Positions 29,134 through 40,201 are shown, numbered from the stretch's first letter. The stretch: DNA of 64,000 nt from Candidatus Hydrogenedentota bacterium (GCA_963668025.2 CAXXTH010000008.1:98383-162382); one strand, 5' to 3'. The notes: generated from the letters alone by a model not told the origin. Program-made: numbers and translations.

Positions 29134-30231
29134 GTGTTCAATTCCACGGTCATATGGCTGGCCCTATCAGTGGGTTTGGCCGCGCCTCCATCCACTACCA
29201 TATATCGCATGGAAGGCGCCGCGCCGGGCCTGGGCCGGGAAGCGGGAACGGCGGCGGTCAACAACGCCGAAACGAACATCATCATCAGTATTCTCGAATC
29301 CATGACCGGCTCCAGCGATTTCGCCTTATATGCACCCATCCTGGATCGCGCTCCCGAGTATATCCGGTCGGTCCATGTGCTGAGCCGGACGCCCGATGCG
29401 GACCAGACTCAGGTCGAGATCGAAGCCTATGTCTATGAAGAGCAGTTGCGCCGCGATGTGTCCGCGTTGATTCTAACCCGGCTGAATGTGAAACCCTCCG
29501 TGCTGCTCGTGCTGCTCGAAGAACCTGCGCCAGGCCAGCCATATATAGGGATTCGGGAAAATCCCATATTGGAAGGGGTGAAAAAAACGCTCGAAGACAA
29601 ATTCTTCACCGTCATGGGGCCGATGTGGGAGCTGTATGATGAACAGAGCCTTGTCTCCAGGTTGCGCGGAACGCCCGAAGAAGCGGCGCGCGTGGGGCTT
29701 GAACATAAAGCTGGCGTCATTCTAGAAGGAGAGATCACCCGCATTTCCACTCAAGAAGCGCCTAGCTCGAATATCTCCCGCAACGAAATTGCACTCAAAC
29801 TGCGCGTGATTCTATCCGAGACGGGCACGCTCCTAGACACCATCGAAATACGCCGGGCGGTATCCAGCACGGAGCCGGAAGAAGGGTATAAACAAGCCGC
29901 CACAGATGCCGGGGAGAGCGTTAAAGATCGGGTCTTGACATCCACGACCATCGCCGCCGCAGGAGCCAAACCTTCCAGCGATGTCTACATCGACATCGAG
30001 CAGCTCGGCGAATCCGCCCGCATGGAGGCGGTTACCAAAGTCTTAAATGGCATTGAAGCCGTTCAAGGAGTGGACGTGCTGCTTAGCGCTGCCTCGTTAG
30101 GCCGCCTTCGCATCAAATACGAAGGCCCCATGGCGCCTCTAGTTGACTTCCTCGTCAATCAAAACTATGCCGGATTTCACCTCGAACGCCGCCGTGTCGT
30201 GCAGCGCGAAGCCATCTTGCGTGTTCAATAA
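29134..30231 (+). CDS. Exported hypothetical protein
   Basis: N-terminal hydrophobic signal after GTG 29134 with GGAG RBS; long open ORF. Confidence 0.7.
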   Translation: MFNSTVIWLALSVGLAAPPSTTIYRMEGAAPGLGREAGTAAVNNAETNIIISILESMTGSSDFALYAPILDRAPEYIRSVHVLSRTPDADQTQVEIEAYVYEEQLRRDVSALILTRLNVKPSVLLVLLEEPAPGQPYIGIRENPILEGVKKTLEDKFFTVMGPMWELYDEQSLVSRLRGTPEEAARVGLEHKAGVILEGEITRISTQEAPSSNISRNEIALKLRVILSETGTLLDTIEIRRAVSSTEPEEGYKQAATDAGESVKDRVLTSTTIAAAGAKPSSDVYIDIEQLGESARMEAVTKVLNGIEAVQGVDVLLSAASLGRLRIKYEGPMAPLVDFLVNQNYAGFHLERRRVVQREAILRVQ

Positions 30232-30264
30232 AAAAAGCCGGGATGCCTCGCGGATCCCGGCTTT
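30231..30264. terminator. Intrinsic terminator between convergent genes
   Basis: AAAGCCGGGAT-loop-ATCCCGGCTTT with an A-run on the left (T-tail for rpmB). Confidence 0.8.
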
Positions 30265-30276
30265 CAATATTCTTTC

Positions 30277-30537
30277 TTAAACAGCTTTCCGTACTTGGCG
30301 CACATGTGGCGCTTTCTGGAATTTCCCTGCTTTGATGTAACGCGCACACACCTTAATCGTATGTACCCTGCCATTCTCTTCTATGACGCGAATCTTCTGT
30401 AAATTGGGCTTCCAGCGGCGTTTCGATATTCCGGTGACGTTCTGGCCGATACCGCCCTCGCGCTTGGCTTTACCCCGGCGCACCACTTGTTTGCCCACTT
30501 GCGGGCGTTTCCCGCTATAATCGCACACTCTCGACAT
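30277..30537 (-). CDS. rpmB: 50S ribosomal protein L28
   Basis: MSRVCDYSGKRP...KRRWKPNLQK...KVCARYIK. Confidence 0.95.
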   Translation of the reverse strand: MSRVCDYSGKRPQVGKQVVRRGKAKREGGIGQNVTGISKRRWKPNLQKIRVIEENGRVHTIKVCARYIKAGKFQKAPHVRQVRKAV

Positions 30538-30623
30538 GATTCTCTCCTGGTAACCGCATTTAAAAGCGCGAACTCGTATTGGCTTGAGAACTGCTTCGTG
30601 CTATACTTCTCAAAAGCCGCGAA

Positions 30624-30652
30624 AGTCTACCATATAAAGAGTCAGAATTCAA
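30624..30652 (-). promoter_or_regulatory. Predicted rpmB promoter
   Basis: TTGAAT-17 bp-TAGACT with a TG extension. Confidence 0.55.
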
Positions 30653-30707
30653 GAAAATGGCCCCCATAGGATTTCTGCTTTTGTTATCCTGAAAGGAATT
30701 TCTTTGC

Positions 30708-31481
30708 ATGCATGTGTCCGTTCGTCATTCAGCAAAATACTGGATAAGCGTACTTGGCGCCATCTGCTTAGCCGGATGCGCAACCCATCGCGCGGCGCAA
30801 TTAGAACATAAAATCCCGGATGCGGATGCTAAAAAACAAGCGATCCTGGCGGATATCCAGACAAATGCGGCCCAGCTCCAATCCATGGCGGCCTTGGCGA
30901 ATTTCACCTTCGTCCAGCGCAAAGACGACACCCGTTCGTTCCAAGGCTCCGTGATGTTCAAACAGCCCGATAAGCTCTATGTCCGCGGCAACCATTATCC
31001 CTCCGGCGCGAAGATTTTCGAGATGGCGAGCAATGGCTCCCAATGGTACGCCGATTTTGCCATGGACAACCAGTTTTACTCCTCGCGACAAGAGCATGCC
31101 GGATTGGCGGTGACGCCTCTCGACATTGCACGGGAACTCTTTTTCCCGGATGACTGGAAAGACGCCGCCCAAATCATACTCACGAAATACGATACAAATA
31201 CAGGCCAAGCCGAATTGCTCATCCGTGCAAAAAAGAGCCTTGTGCGTAAAGTGGCGCTGGCGGGGCCGCCATGGACGGTCGTGGAAAGCGTCATGCTTGA
31301 CCACCTAGGCCGGGAAGTGGTAAAAACCTCCCGTGGAGCGTATCACGAAGAGAATGGCATCCGTTTTCCATTCGATATCCGGGCGGAATTCCCTACCGAA
31401 AACGCATCGGTAACCTGCATCATTCGTAAAGCCAAGTTCAACTCTACGGATATCCCGGAAGACCTTTTCATAACCCGATGA
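30708..31481 (+). CDS. Lipoprotein, possibly LolA/LolB-like fold
   Basis: Lipobox LAGC; beta-rich body; GIRFP near the C-terminus. Confidence 0.65.
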   Translation: MHVSVRHSAKYWISVLGAICLAGCATHRAAQLEHKIPDADAKKQAILADIQTNAAQLQSMAALANFTFVQRKDDTRSFQGSVMFKQPDKLYVRGNHYPSGAKIFEMASNGSQWYADFAMDNQFYSSRQEHAGLAVTPLDIARELFFPDDWKDAAQIILTKYDTNTGQAELLIRAKKSLVRKVALAGPPWTVVESVMLDHLGREVVKTSRGAYHEENGIRFPFDIRAEFPTENASVTCIIRKAKFNSTDIPEDLFITR

Positions 31482-31491
31482 CAGGAACCCT

Positions 31492-32565
31492 ATGAGCATT
31501 CATCTCGCTGAGCTTATGCCAGAAGAAATTGCATCGAGCCTAGGTTTGAAAGCATTTCAAGGCCGGCAAATCTTTCATTGGATTCACGCCAAGCAGGCTA
31601 TCGATTTTGAATCCATGACCGATTTGTCGAAGTCCCTGCGCCAAACGCTGTCTGAACAATGCACGGCGTCCGTGCTCGAAAAAATGGCTGCCTCTACGTC
31701 TCGCTCGCAAGGCACCCGTAAAGTGCTGTTTCGCCTTCCAGATGGGGAAACAGTGGAATCGGTTTGGATTCGAGACGATGAGCGCGCCACCATATGCCTC
31801 TCTACCCAGGTGGGTTGTGCGGTCAAATGCGCATTCTGTGCAACCGGCCTTTCTGGCTTTAAGCGTAATCTCTCCCCGGGCGAAATCGTCGAACAAGCAT
31901 TGCGCATACTTGAAGATGAAAATGATTGGACCGAGCGAAATCCAAACATCGTCTATATGGGCATGGGCGAGCCTTTCCGCAACTACGACGCCACCTTGCG
32001 GAGCATCCGCTTATTGATGGCTAAAGAAGGCCTTAACATCGGCGCGCGGAAGATCACCGTGTCAACGGCTGGCGATATCGAGGGCATCCATCGTTTCGCC
32101 GCCGAAGGCCTTCAAGTCCGGCTCAGCATCTCGCTGCATGCCGCCGAGGATGAATTGCGCTCGCGGCTCGTGCCGCTCAACCGTAAATATCCGGTGGATA
32201 TGCTCCTAAACGCAGTGGCAGATTATATCGCCAGCACAAGTCGGCAGGTGACATTTGAATACACCCTAATCAGTGATGTCAATGATTCGCTTGAACAAGC
32301 CCAACTCCTCGCCAAACGCATACGCCCGCTTAAGTCCACGGTCAACCTAATTCCACTCAATCCTGTCGAAGAGACCGGTTTTACACCGCCAAACCGGGAG
32401 CGCTGTGAAGCGTTCCAAGCGGTGCTTACCCGCTACGGCATTAAAAGCACTTTACGCAGAGAGCGGGGACAGGATATTCACGCGGCTTGCGGCCAGCTTC
32501 GACGCCAGATAATTGATGCTGAATCTATCTCTAGCGCCGAGGAGTATCATGACGGTCTAGCGTAA
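31492..32565 (+). CDS. rlmN: 23S rRNA m2A2503 radical SAM methyltransferase RlmN
   Basis: CLSTQVGCAVKCAFCATG, YMGMGEP, ISLHA and IHAACGQL motifs. Confidence 0.96.
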   Translation: MSIHLAELMPEEIASSLGLKAFQGRQIFHWIHAKQAIDFESMTDLSKSLRQTLSEQCTASVLEKMAASTSRSQGTRKVLFRLPDGETVESVWIRDDERATICLSTQVGCAVKCAFCATGLSGFKRNLSPGEIVEQALRILEDENDWTERNPNIVYMGMGEPFRNYDATLRSIRLLMAKEGLNIGARKITVSTAGDIEGIHRFAAEGLQVRLSISLHAAEDELRSRLVPLNRKYPVDMLLNAVADYIASTSRQVTFEYTLISDVNDSLEQAQLLAKRIRPLKSTVNLIPLNPVEETGFTPPNRERCEAFQAVLTRYGIKSTLRRERGQDIHAACGQLRRQIIDAESISSAEEYHDGLA

Positions 32566-33019
32566 AGAAACACAGGAAGGATGCTGGCGCCCATTCTGTT
32601 TCGGGATTACTTGGTATGTTTTAGCTTACATCCAGAAGCAAAAACTGGGTGAGGGCTTAGCGTACAAGAAGTTCAAAAATGTAATCCTGTTCACAGCAAT
32701 TTTCCCGCCAAACAACCACTACTTTCATTAATCCCTCGTATTTGCAAATGAGTTATTCGGCCACTCCGTGGCCGTTTATTGTATGGAGCGCATATTCGGG
32801 AATAGCTCAGCTTAAGAAATTAAGTTCATATAGTGTATGAAGTTGTTGGATTCGGTGTAATGTATTCTTTACTAGCCGCCCGCACAAAAATGGTACTCAT
32901 GTCTGCTGCATTGTCTGCTCCTGTGAAATTGTAGTGCCATTCGCAAGATGACGTTTTCCCGCATTTTGTCGTAGGCAAGATGCGGGAGTGTTGCCTTCCC
33001 CATTCATTTCTGTTTCAAG

Positions 33020-33079
33020 CCACGAGTATGCTGAATACACGAAATACACGAAAATTGGTAGGGTGGGGCTTGCCCCACC
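33020..33079 (+). repeat. Composite repeat: 9-nt periodic tract plus GTAG REP hairpin
   Basis: GAATACACGAAATACACGAAAATTG-GTAGGGTGGGGCTTGCCCCACC; homologous to 11364-11416. Confidence 0.7.
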
Positions 33080-33656
33080 ATTCAACAGATACATCCACCA
33101 AAATATGGTTGCCTCTCAAAACAGTATTTACCCCATGATATTATGAATAACATCCACAGAAAAAACTTCGTTTCCTTCGTATCTTCGTAGTGAAAAATCC
33201 ATATCTTTAGTTGCGGCTAAGCTGCTCCGCGTTTATTCGCGTCTATTCGCGGTTAAAAAAAAGCAGGTCCTTTGATTACGGGTCATGCCAATTCGGTCAA
33301 AAATATAGTGGCCTTAGTTCCGAGCGGTGAATTCACTGCCTGTTTTTTCGACTGCAACATAGAGAATAATGCGTATTAGTTGTAAAACTTGCCATTCGTG
33401 CTAAAATGGAGGTTTAATGTGTGTAGAGAAATCCTATATCAGGCAATTTATTGAATTTTTCGAGGGTTTTTACATTTATAAAAGAAGGGCCTGTCTTGTT
33501 TTTTAATAGCATGTTTAGATGGTGAGATGCGTTGTGGCTTAATAAAACAGGCCATAGCGGAGAGAAGCAAGTTGTTCAAAAATAAAAACGGCTTTTGGCC
33601 TCTGTTCAACAGATAAATAGACTTTTGAGAGTCGGTATGTAAAATATACTATGCTT

Positions 33657-34541
33657 TTAGCCTCGTTTAATCCGTTCCAAGCCCTTTACCAGTTGCCATA
33701 CGACGCGGGTGCGGGGCATTTGAAGCCCTGCAAGCTGCCCGCGGCGCAAGATCTCTCCACTGATGGCATCGATTTCCGTGAGCTTTCCCGCCCGAATATC
33801 TTGGAGCATGGAGGAAATATTGTCTCCCGTCAGTTCACAGACTTCCTCTGCTTTTTCGACGAGGCTATATGGGAAGCGATACCCTTCGGTTGCGGCGACT
33901 TTTGCGGCTTCCACAACCAAGTCACGCAACAATTGGCGAACCTCGGGAGTTTTCAATAATACTCGATTGGGTATATTCAAAAGCGCGGTAAGAGGATTTA
34001 TTCCTGCATTCAAAGACACTTTTTCCCAGATAACCTGGCCAGGAGCATCTGTTCTTTCAACATTAAATCCTCCAGCCGAGAGGGCTTCAAAAGCAGGTTG
34101 AATGGGGCAAGAAGTCCAAGCGCCAACTTTGGTCACTCCTGACCCCGTATGAATGGAGTGGCCTTCGGCATGGAGAATAGCCCCTTCCGAAGTCGTACCG
34201 GCGAGCACATTGGCGCTCCCCGCTCTAGTGCAAATGATTTCTACGTTCCCAAGTCCGTTTTGCAGAGTAAGAACCGGAGTGTCAGGAGGAAATACGAGAG
34301 ATGAGGTGGCGTTGGATTTCACCAACACGATGATGAGATCCTGGCGCTCAGATAACGAAGAAACAACAGGCAAGGTATATGATTCTACCGTGTCTCCTGT
34401 CTGCAATCGAATACCCGTGCTTTTGAGCCGTTCTATTCGTTCAGCATGGTGATCAACCAGTGTGGTGCGAATGCCGCCCTTGGTGAGCCGGACGGCAAAC
34501 AGACATCCCAGTGCTCCTGGCCCGATAATTGCAACTTTCAT
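33657..34541 (-). CDS. panE: 2-dehydropantoate 2-reductase
   Basis: GPGALG, LQNGLGN, WEKVSLNAGINPLTAL and SSMLQDIRAGKLTEIDAISG motifs. Confidence 0.95.
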   Translation of the reverse strand: MKVAIIGPGALGCLFAVRLTKGGIRTTLVDHHAERIERLKSTGIRLQTGDTVESYTLPVVSSLSERQDLIIVLVKSNATSSLVFPPDTPVLTLQNGLGNVEIICTRAGSANVLAGTTSEGAILHAEGHSIHTGSGVTKVGAWTSCPIQPAFEALSAGGFNVERTDAPGQVIWEKVSLNAGINPLTALLNIPNRVLLKTPEVRQLLRDLVVEAAKVAATEGYRFPYSLVEKAEEVCELTGDNISSMLQDIRAGKLTEIDAISGEILRRGQLAGLQMPRTRVVWQLVKGLERIKRG

Positions 34542-34574
34542 TTTTCTCTCTCCTCGTCTTCCTTGACGCGTTCA

Positions 34575-35492
34575 TTATTCCGATGTACGCACCCAGCATG
34601 CAGAGAAGTCGGGACCAAGCTTCTTTAATTCATCCCGTTTAGCAGTGGCGGCTTCGCGATTTTGGAAGCTGCCTACGACGATCCGCAGCCATTTGCCATC
34701 CGGAGATTCTTTTATTTCTGGCGCAACATCCTTATGCCGGCGTATAAAATCTTCTGCTTCACCGCGTTTTGCAACAGGAATTGCAGCTATTTGGACGGTG
34801 AAGGTCGCAGCGCCAGTTTTCTTGCTTGATGCGGCAGGCGTCGTGGTGGCGGCTTCTTGAATAGGCGGCCCGGTTGCAGCGGAAGGCGATGCGCTTGTTG
34901 GTTCCGCCGCAGGTGTTGTCTTTTCCACTTGCGGGCTGGCGGCGGCAGGAGGCTCCACGGGTTTTGCTTCGCTTGTCTCCGTGGCGCTGGTGGGGATTTC
35001 GAGCGGCTCGAGATCCACGACAGGAGCCGATGATGCGCTGGCGGTTTGGTTCGGTGCAATCGGCTCTTTTGATGGAGAAGGTGGCAAGGCCGGGGTGTTT
35101 CCAGTTGGCGCTGCCGTGGATGTTGGACCCTCCACCGCGGGCGCAGGCGCTGGAAAGTCTTTGTATGGCTTGTTCGCACCAGTAGTGGATCCAGTAGCTA
35201 ATTTTTGATTGGGCATAATGCTTGGCACTGGGCTAAGCTGAATGCCTTGTCCTGCCGGGGAAGGCGTTGTACCCGTAGTAGGTTCCACTGTAGGTGAAAG
35301 CGCCGTCGTATCTCCTGGCGTGGCCGCTGTTTTTTTAGACTCGAACCGTCCAACTTTTACGGCCACGACAAACAATACGGCGGCAAGGACGAGGAATAAC
35401 GCGAACACTAATACGAGCTGGCGCGAAGTGAGCGCCAAGACCGGCTTGCTTTCGCTATCTGAGTACTCCGAATCATTGGGATTGGACATCAT
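34575..35492 (-). CDS. SPOR domain protein (single TM, Pro/Thr-rich linker; FtsN/DedD-like)
   Basis: TM helix, low-complexity linker and C-terminal FTVQIAA...WLRIVVGSF. Confidence 0.85.
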   Translation of the reverse strand: MMSNPNDSEYSDSESKPVLALTSRQLVLVFALFLVLAAVLFVVAVKVGRFESKKTAATPGDTTALSPTVEPTTGTTPSPAGQGIQLSPVPSIMPNQKLATGSTTGANKPYKDFPAPAPAVEGPTSTAAPTGNTPALPPSPSKEPIAPNQTASASSAPVVDLEPLEIPTSATETSEAKPVEPPAAASPQVEKTTPAAEPTSASPSAATGPPIQEAATTTPAASSKKTGAATFTVQIAAIPVAKRGEAEDFIRRHKDVAPEIKESPDGKWLRIVVGSFQNREAATAKRDELKKLGPDFSACWVRTSE

Positions 35493-36006
35493 CTTTTTTC
35501 TCTTCTTCGCTGCTTTCAAGCGCCTCGAGCTGCGCTTGAAGCTCAAGTTTGGCCTGTTGCAGTTCACCAAAGGTTAAATTGGGATCGCGAACCTCGATCA
35601 ATCGATTTCCTACACGATCCACAAATAGGGCCACACTGGCTTCATCTCCACGTTCTGATTCTTTTATTAATCGAAACGCCTTTTGCCGGCGGAGTAACTG
35701 GGCGGCAAGAAACGCTCGAGCCAGGTCCGGCCGTTCTTCAGAAGCTACCGCCTCATAAAAAATGGTGCGCAACGGAGAAGCCGCTTCCTGTTCTTGCTCT
35801 AGCTCCGCGTTTGGATCATGATACCGCGTGGTCCAAACGGCTACAGCCCCCTTGCCTAGTTCGTCATTCCAGGCGCTTTGGGCGTAATCCTCTCGAATAA
35901 ATGCAGTTCCATCACTTTTCACAAGCGATACAACTTCATCGCCATGTTCAAAAGGCTTTCCCGTGCGCAAACAAATCTTCGCGCTTTTGCCAATCTTGAC
36001 TTCCAT
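35473..36006 (-). CDS. Hypothetical protein
   Basis: 177-aa ORF overlapping the downstream gene in a co-oriented run. Confidence 0.75.
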   Translation of the reverse strand: MEVKIGKSAKICLRTGKPFEHGDEVVSLVKSDGTAFIREDYAQSAWNDELGKGAVAVWTTRYHDPNAELEQEQEAASPLRTIFYEAVASEERPDLARAFLAAQLLRRQKAFRLIKESERGDEASVALFVDRVGNRLIEVRDPNLTFGELQQAKLELQAQLEALESSEEEKKDDVQSQ

Positions 36007-36042
36007 AATGAAGCGGCAACCCCTTACCTGAGCAATGAGCGC

Positions 36043-39000
36043 TTACTCTTGTTTCGGCGCTGGGGCCGTTGTTTTTGGCGCCCCCAAAATTCCACCACCC
36101 ATTTTAAGCAAATCCACAAGCACTTTTCTAGGGATATCTACAACCTTGACCGCTTCACTCATCACTTCGAGCCCGCCAGTCACCAGCGTAACACTAAGGG
36201 AAGGCGCCTCGGCCAATGTGCTTTGCGGTTTGAGCGTGGGGCCTGACAGCCGTAAAGATAACTCGATATCTTGCTGGGCGAGGCGATGGCCCTCCAAATT
36301 CAAATACTGTTGCAATACCGGCATCTGCTCCGCAGTGGATGGCGCGATAGCCAGCTTTACATTATATGCCATTTCTCCGCCTGGCTGGAATTGCCCGTCG
36401 GCCGTGACTTTGACGCCTTCGGATTCCAGATTGATTCGTGGCGTCTCGATAGCACGGCCATTCAAATTTACGTCGCACGACAATGTCGAAAATCGGAGAG
36501 AAGGCGGCAGGGAGGAAGTATCTCCATCCGTTTTTCCCCCGCCAAACTCAAAAAGCAAAAAGTCCGCGCTGAATTGGCCCTCCGTGATATCAAAGGAGCC
36601 AGAACCTTTCAAGGTGTTTGGGTCATTTTTCTCTTTTTCATACGAAACATGGCCAGTTATGTTCCCGCGCAACACTTCTGGCAGGCGAAGGTATTGGATA
36701 AAATAATCGCACGGAATATTCTCCCATGTATTGCTGGCGCGCGATGTCTCCGCTTTCCGCTCTCGGTTGTATTCGCCTTTCATGTGTCCTTTTTCTATAT
36801 CCACTTCATAAGAAGTAAAACCGGCTTCACGGTCATTCATGTAGGCTTTTCCTACAAAATTCGCACCTTTCCATGGCGGCAGATCTAGCGAGTCCGTCGT
36901 AAGATTATAGGTGTAATCTCGCTTTTCCAAAGGATATTTAGCCAAAAGCTCAGGAGGTATTTGGTCAGGAACGAAATAAACCGCATCTAAAGGCGGCATC
37001 GAACTCTTGCCCGCATGTATGGTGAGGTCCCCTGTGCTTCGCTCCCCATTGGCCATGGCGCTATCTAGCGTAACATCCTGTAAATGCATGGGATACGTAG
37101 CCCCATTCGCCAGGATGCGCATATCATCCATACGGCAATGCCCCTTGGAATGCCAGAGCATGGAGCCATCAGGCGCTGCTCCCGGATCCCGTATCCATTC
37201 ATACTGGCAATCGGTGGCGGTTCCGCCGATAATAGTATAAGGCATGCGCAAGCTTTTACCTACGGTGGCGATATCTAGAGATTCAGCTTTAATGAGCGCA
37301 TGCATTAATCGCATCATCTTTCCATCATGGACCATGGAAAGCTCGATATTGCTCGAGGTGCCTGCGGCGCTCACTTGTGCATCTAGCTTGAATGATTTGC
37401 GAAGCTTCAATGTCGCGGTGAGATTGGCGTTGCCCGCCAAGCCCGAAGGTTTTAAAAACCAGGTCCGATATAATACTTCGGTTTGCCCGGCATTTACGGA
37501 GCCGCTAAATTGTATTATTCCCGGCTTGAGCTGGGCCTCAATATCGCCGGTCACGGAGCCAGACAATTCCGTGTGGCGGATTGCGGTGGCCAGCGCCGTT
37601 TTTTCAATGGCCGTAAGGGTGCCGCTGGCGCGGGCTTTTCCCGTTTTCTTCACCAGATCATACTGCAATGATCCGGAAAATGGACTGCCATTTACAAGCG
37701 CCGCCAGTGGCGTGATTTCCAGTTGAGTATTGTTAAGATGGACTGTTCCCGTCAGATTCGTGGCGGAAAAACCAGATGAGCCCGAATCGATGCTTCCACC
37801 TACAAGATTGACAGTCCCGGATATGGTTTTATCTCGATAATTCCATGACGCCTCCAAGGGGCCAAAAGCAAGTTCGCCTTTTGGGTATCGTTTGTCTTGC
37901 GGAACAAAATGGGCCGCACCCGAATGGCCAGTAAGCCGGGCTGTCAATTGAGGCTGGGTTAGTGTGCCTGAAACGAAAAGAGAAACCGGCTCAATCTCAG
38001 GAAAGTCCAAACGGAGTTCGCCATACGATTGAATCGGGCCTCCATACTTCGCAAACAGGGCATCAAATAGCTCCTGGGAACCGAGTAGCTGGACTTCTGA
38101 GGCCAAATCCAGTTCGATTTCGGGGGAGTTCATATCTACTTTGCCTCGAAATGATGCAGCCGCCAAATCCGTACTGAGTTGGGCGCTTGTAATCGAAAGC
38201 ATTTTTTCTCCCAGGGCATATCGCGCTTGAACCAGAAGATGGCCTGATGGGGGAAGAGGAATATCAGTGGTAACCGTAGTGGCGATTTGCTCGGCTGAAG
38301 CATCGAGTTCAATTGCGATAGGTTCGCCTTGCTGCCGTTCCAGGCGAAGACTGGCTTGAATGGAGCCTTCGGTAATAACCTGTTGAGCAGACGGCAGAAA
38401 TGGATTAATGTCTTGAGCAGTCAAGCCGGAGCATTGCATACGCACGAAAAAATCATCCAGAGATGTAACGTAAGCTTTACTTTGTATGCGTTTGTAAGGA
38501 TCGCCAGCCCAATCTCCGTTGAGTTCTGTTTCTAGTTGGCCGTACCGAAGGGGGCTGCCCAAACGGAAACCCACATTTTTAAGACGTATTGGAGGATATC
38601 CGCTTTCCGGCATCTGGAGTTCTATACTGCATTTTTCCCCGCGAATATCGAAAGGCAACGCATTCAACAGCACCATTGCATCGAAGTGGCTATTCGAAGG
38701 CCTAAGACTTCGGATTGGGCTGGGAGGAAGGAGCACTTGCAAGGTGGCGCCATCTAGATGGATGGTATCCACGGATACTATGCCTGATAATAGGTCAATG
38801 AGATGGACTTGCGCTACGGCGAGCGGCAAGTCCAGTTTTACAACAGCCCCTGAGGCGAATTGTTTGCATATGGAAGGCTCTTCAATCCGAAGCCCCTTCA
38901 TGCCCACGAGAGAGAGCGATTTGAATGCGACTTGGGTGCCGGTCTGGCGTTCCAGTTCACGGATAACGGTCTCTCGGAGCGTATCCAAATTATGGCGCGC

Positions 39001-39087
39001 CAGCAACGCGCCAGCGGTGCATAAAATCGATAAAACTAAAAACACCCCTACCCATAGCCGTGCTGCACGGCTGTACGTATTAAGCAT
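36043..39087 (-). CDS. AsmA-like protein
   Basis: N-terminal TM anchor, long beta-rich body and C-terminal L-S-G-P-T-L-K-P motif typical of AsmA C-termini. Confidence 0.75.
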   Translation of the reverse strand: MLNTYSRAARLWVGVFLVLSILCTAGALLARHNLDTLRETVIRELERQTGTQVAFKSLSLVGMKGLRIEEPSICKQFASGAVVKLDLPLAVAQVHLIDLLSGIVSVDTIHLDGATLQVLLPPSPIRSLRPSNSHFDAMVLLNALPFDIRGEKCSIELQMPESGYPPIRLKNVGFRLGSPLRYGQLETELNGDWAGDPYKRIQSKAYVTSLDDFFVRMQCSGLTAQDINPFLPSAQQVITEGSIQASLRLERQQGEPIAIELDASAEQIATTVTTDIPLPPSGHLLVQARYALGEKMLSITSAQLSTDLAAASFRGKVDMNSPEIELDLASEVQLLGSQELFDALFAKYGGPIQSYGELRLDFPEIEPVSLFVSGTLTQPQLTARLTGHSGAAHFVPQDKRYPKGELAFGPLEASWNYRDKTISGTVNLVGGSIDSGSSGFSATNLTGTVHLNNTQLEITPLAALVNGSPFSGSLQYDLVKKTGKARASGTLTAIEKTALATAIRHTELSGSVTGDIEAQLKPGIIQFSGSVNAGQTEVLYRTWFLKPSGLAGNANLTATLKLRKSFKLDAQVSAAGTSSNIELSMVHDGKMMRLMHALIKAESLDIATVGKSLRMPYTIIGGTATDCQYEWIRDPGAAPDGSMLWHSKGHCRMDDMRILANGATYPMHLQDVTLDSAMANGERSTGDLTIHAGKSSMPPLDAVYFVPDQIPPELLAKYPLEKRDYTYNLTTDSLDLPPWKGANFVGKAYMNDREAGFTSYEVDIEKGHMKGEYNRERKAETSRASNTWENIPCDYFIQYLRLPEVLRGNITGHVSYEKEKNDPNTLKGSGSFDITEGQFSADFLLFEFGGGKTDGDTSSLPPSLRFSTLSCDVNLNGRAIETPRINLESEGVKVTADGQFQPGGEMAYNVKLAIAPSTAEQMPVLQQYLNLEGHRLAQQDIELSLRLSGPTLKPQSTLAEAPSLSVTLVTGGLEVMSEAVKVVDIPRKVLVDLLKMGGGILGAPKTTAPAPKQE

Positions 39088-39109
39088 TTGGCCTGGATGT
39101 GTTGTCGTG

Positions 39110-40177
39110 TTAATCGCCGGTCTCGGCCTCCGATGACTCCGCAGCCTCATCGGATGGTTCATGAATCCAAGGCGCGTGTATGGTCTTCAAAATCTGATCC
39201 CGTAATGTCTGGCAGACATCTTGGTGCGCTTTGAGATACTGGCGCGTAACCTCACGCCCTTGCCCGAGGTTTTCTCCGTTCATGGAAAACCAAGCGCCGC
39301 TTTTCTGAATGAGCTTATGTTCAATGGCTAAGTCTAGTATATCGCCTTCTTTAGAGATCCCTTCATCAAACAAGATGTCAAACTCACCTTGCTTGAAAGG
39401 AGGGCTCAGCTTGTTTTTGACTACTTTAGCCCGCACCCGGTTGCCCACATTCTCGTCGCGATCTTTAACGCCAGAAACCCGGCGTATATCAATCCGAATG
39501 CTCGAGTAAAATTTGAGCGCTCTGCCCCCGGTCGTCGTTTCCGGACTGCCAAACATTACACCTATTTTTTCACGAATTTGATTGATGAATATGACGAGCG
39601 TTTTCGAGCGGCTTATCGAAGCGGTGAGCTTGCGCAGAGCCTGCGACATAAGCCGTGCCTGAAGGCCCATGAAGCTGTCGCCCATATCTCCTTCGACTTC
39701 CGCCTTGGGCACCATAGCGGCCACGGAGTCGATCACGACAACATCCACCGCATTACTTCGAACAAGGGCTTCACAGATTTCAAGTGCTTGCTCCGATGTG
39801 TCCGGCTGCGAAACCAAGAGGTTATCAATATCCACGCCAATCTTCGCCGCGAAACCGGGATCGAGGGCATGTTCAGCGTCAATGTAGCAAGCCACGCCAC
39901 CGTTCTGTTGTGCGGTAGCGACCACATGCAAGGCTAGCGTCGTCTTACCAGATGACTCTGGACCAAAAATTTCCACGACACGTCCTGCGGGAAGGCCGCC
40001 TAAACCGGTGGCAATGTCTAAAGAAAGGCTTCCTGTGGATATGGCGGGCACATGCTGCTCAAAATGATCATCTCCAAGACGAAGCAAAGTTCCCCGCCCA
40101 AATTGTTTTTCCAACTGGGCGACGGCGATGTCAAGAGCTTTTTTCTTTGAGTTGGCGTCTTCCGCTTTTGTGGCCAT
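39110..40177 (-). CDS. recA: Recombinase RecA
   Basis: [28 protein letters not shown] and GGRALKFY motifs. Confidence 0.99.
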   Translation of the reverse strand: MATKAEDANSKKKALDIAVAQLEKQFGRGTLLRLGDDHFEQHVPAISTGSLSLDIATGLGGLPAGRVVEIFGPESSGKTTLALHVVATAQQNGGVACYIDAEHALDPGFAAKIGVDIDNLLVSQPDTSEQALEICEALVRSNAVDVVVIDSVAAMVPKAEVEGDMGDSFMGLQARLMSQALRKLTASISRSKTLVIFINQIREKIGVMFGSPETTTGGRALKFYSSIRIDIRRVSGVKDRDENVGNRVRAKVVKNKLSPPFKQGEFDILFDEGISKEGDILDLAIEHKLIQKSGAWFSMNGENLGQGREVTRQYLKAHQDVCQTLRDQILKTIHAPWIHEPSDEAAESSEAETGD

Positions 40178-40201
40178 TCTGGTGACTCCTTTATGGGAAG
40201 C

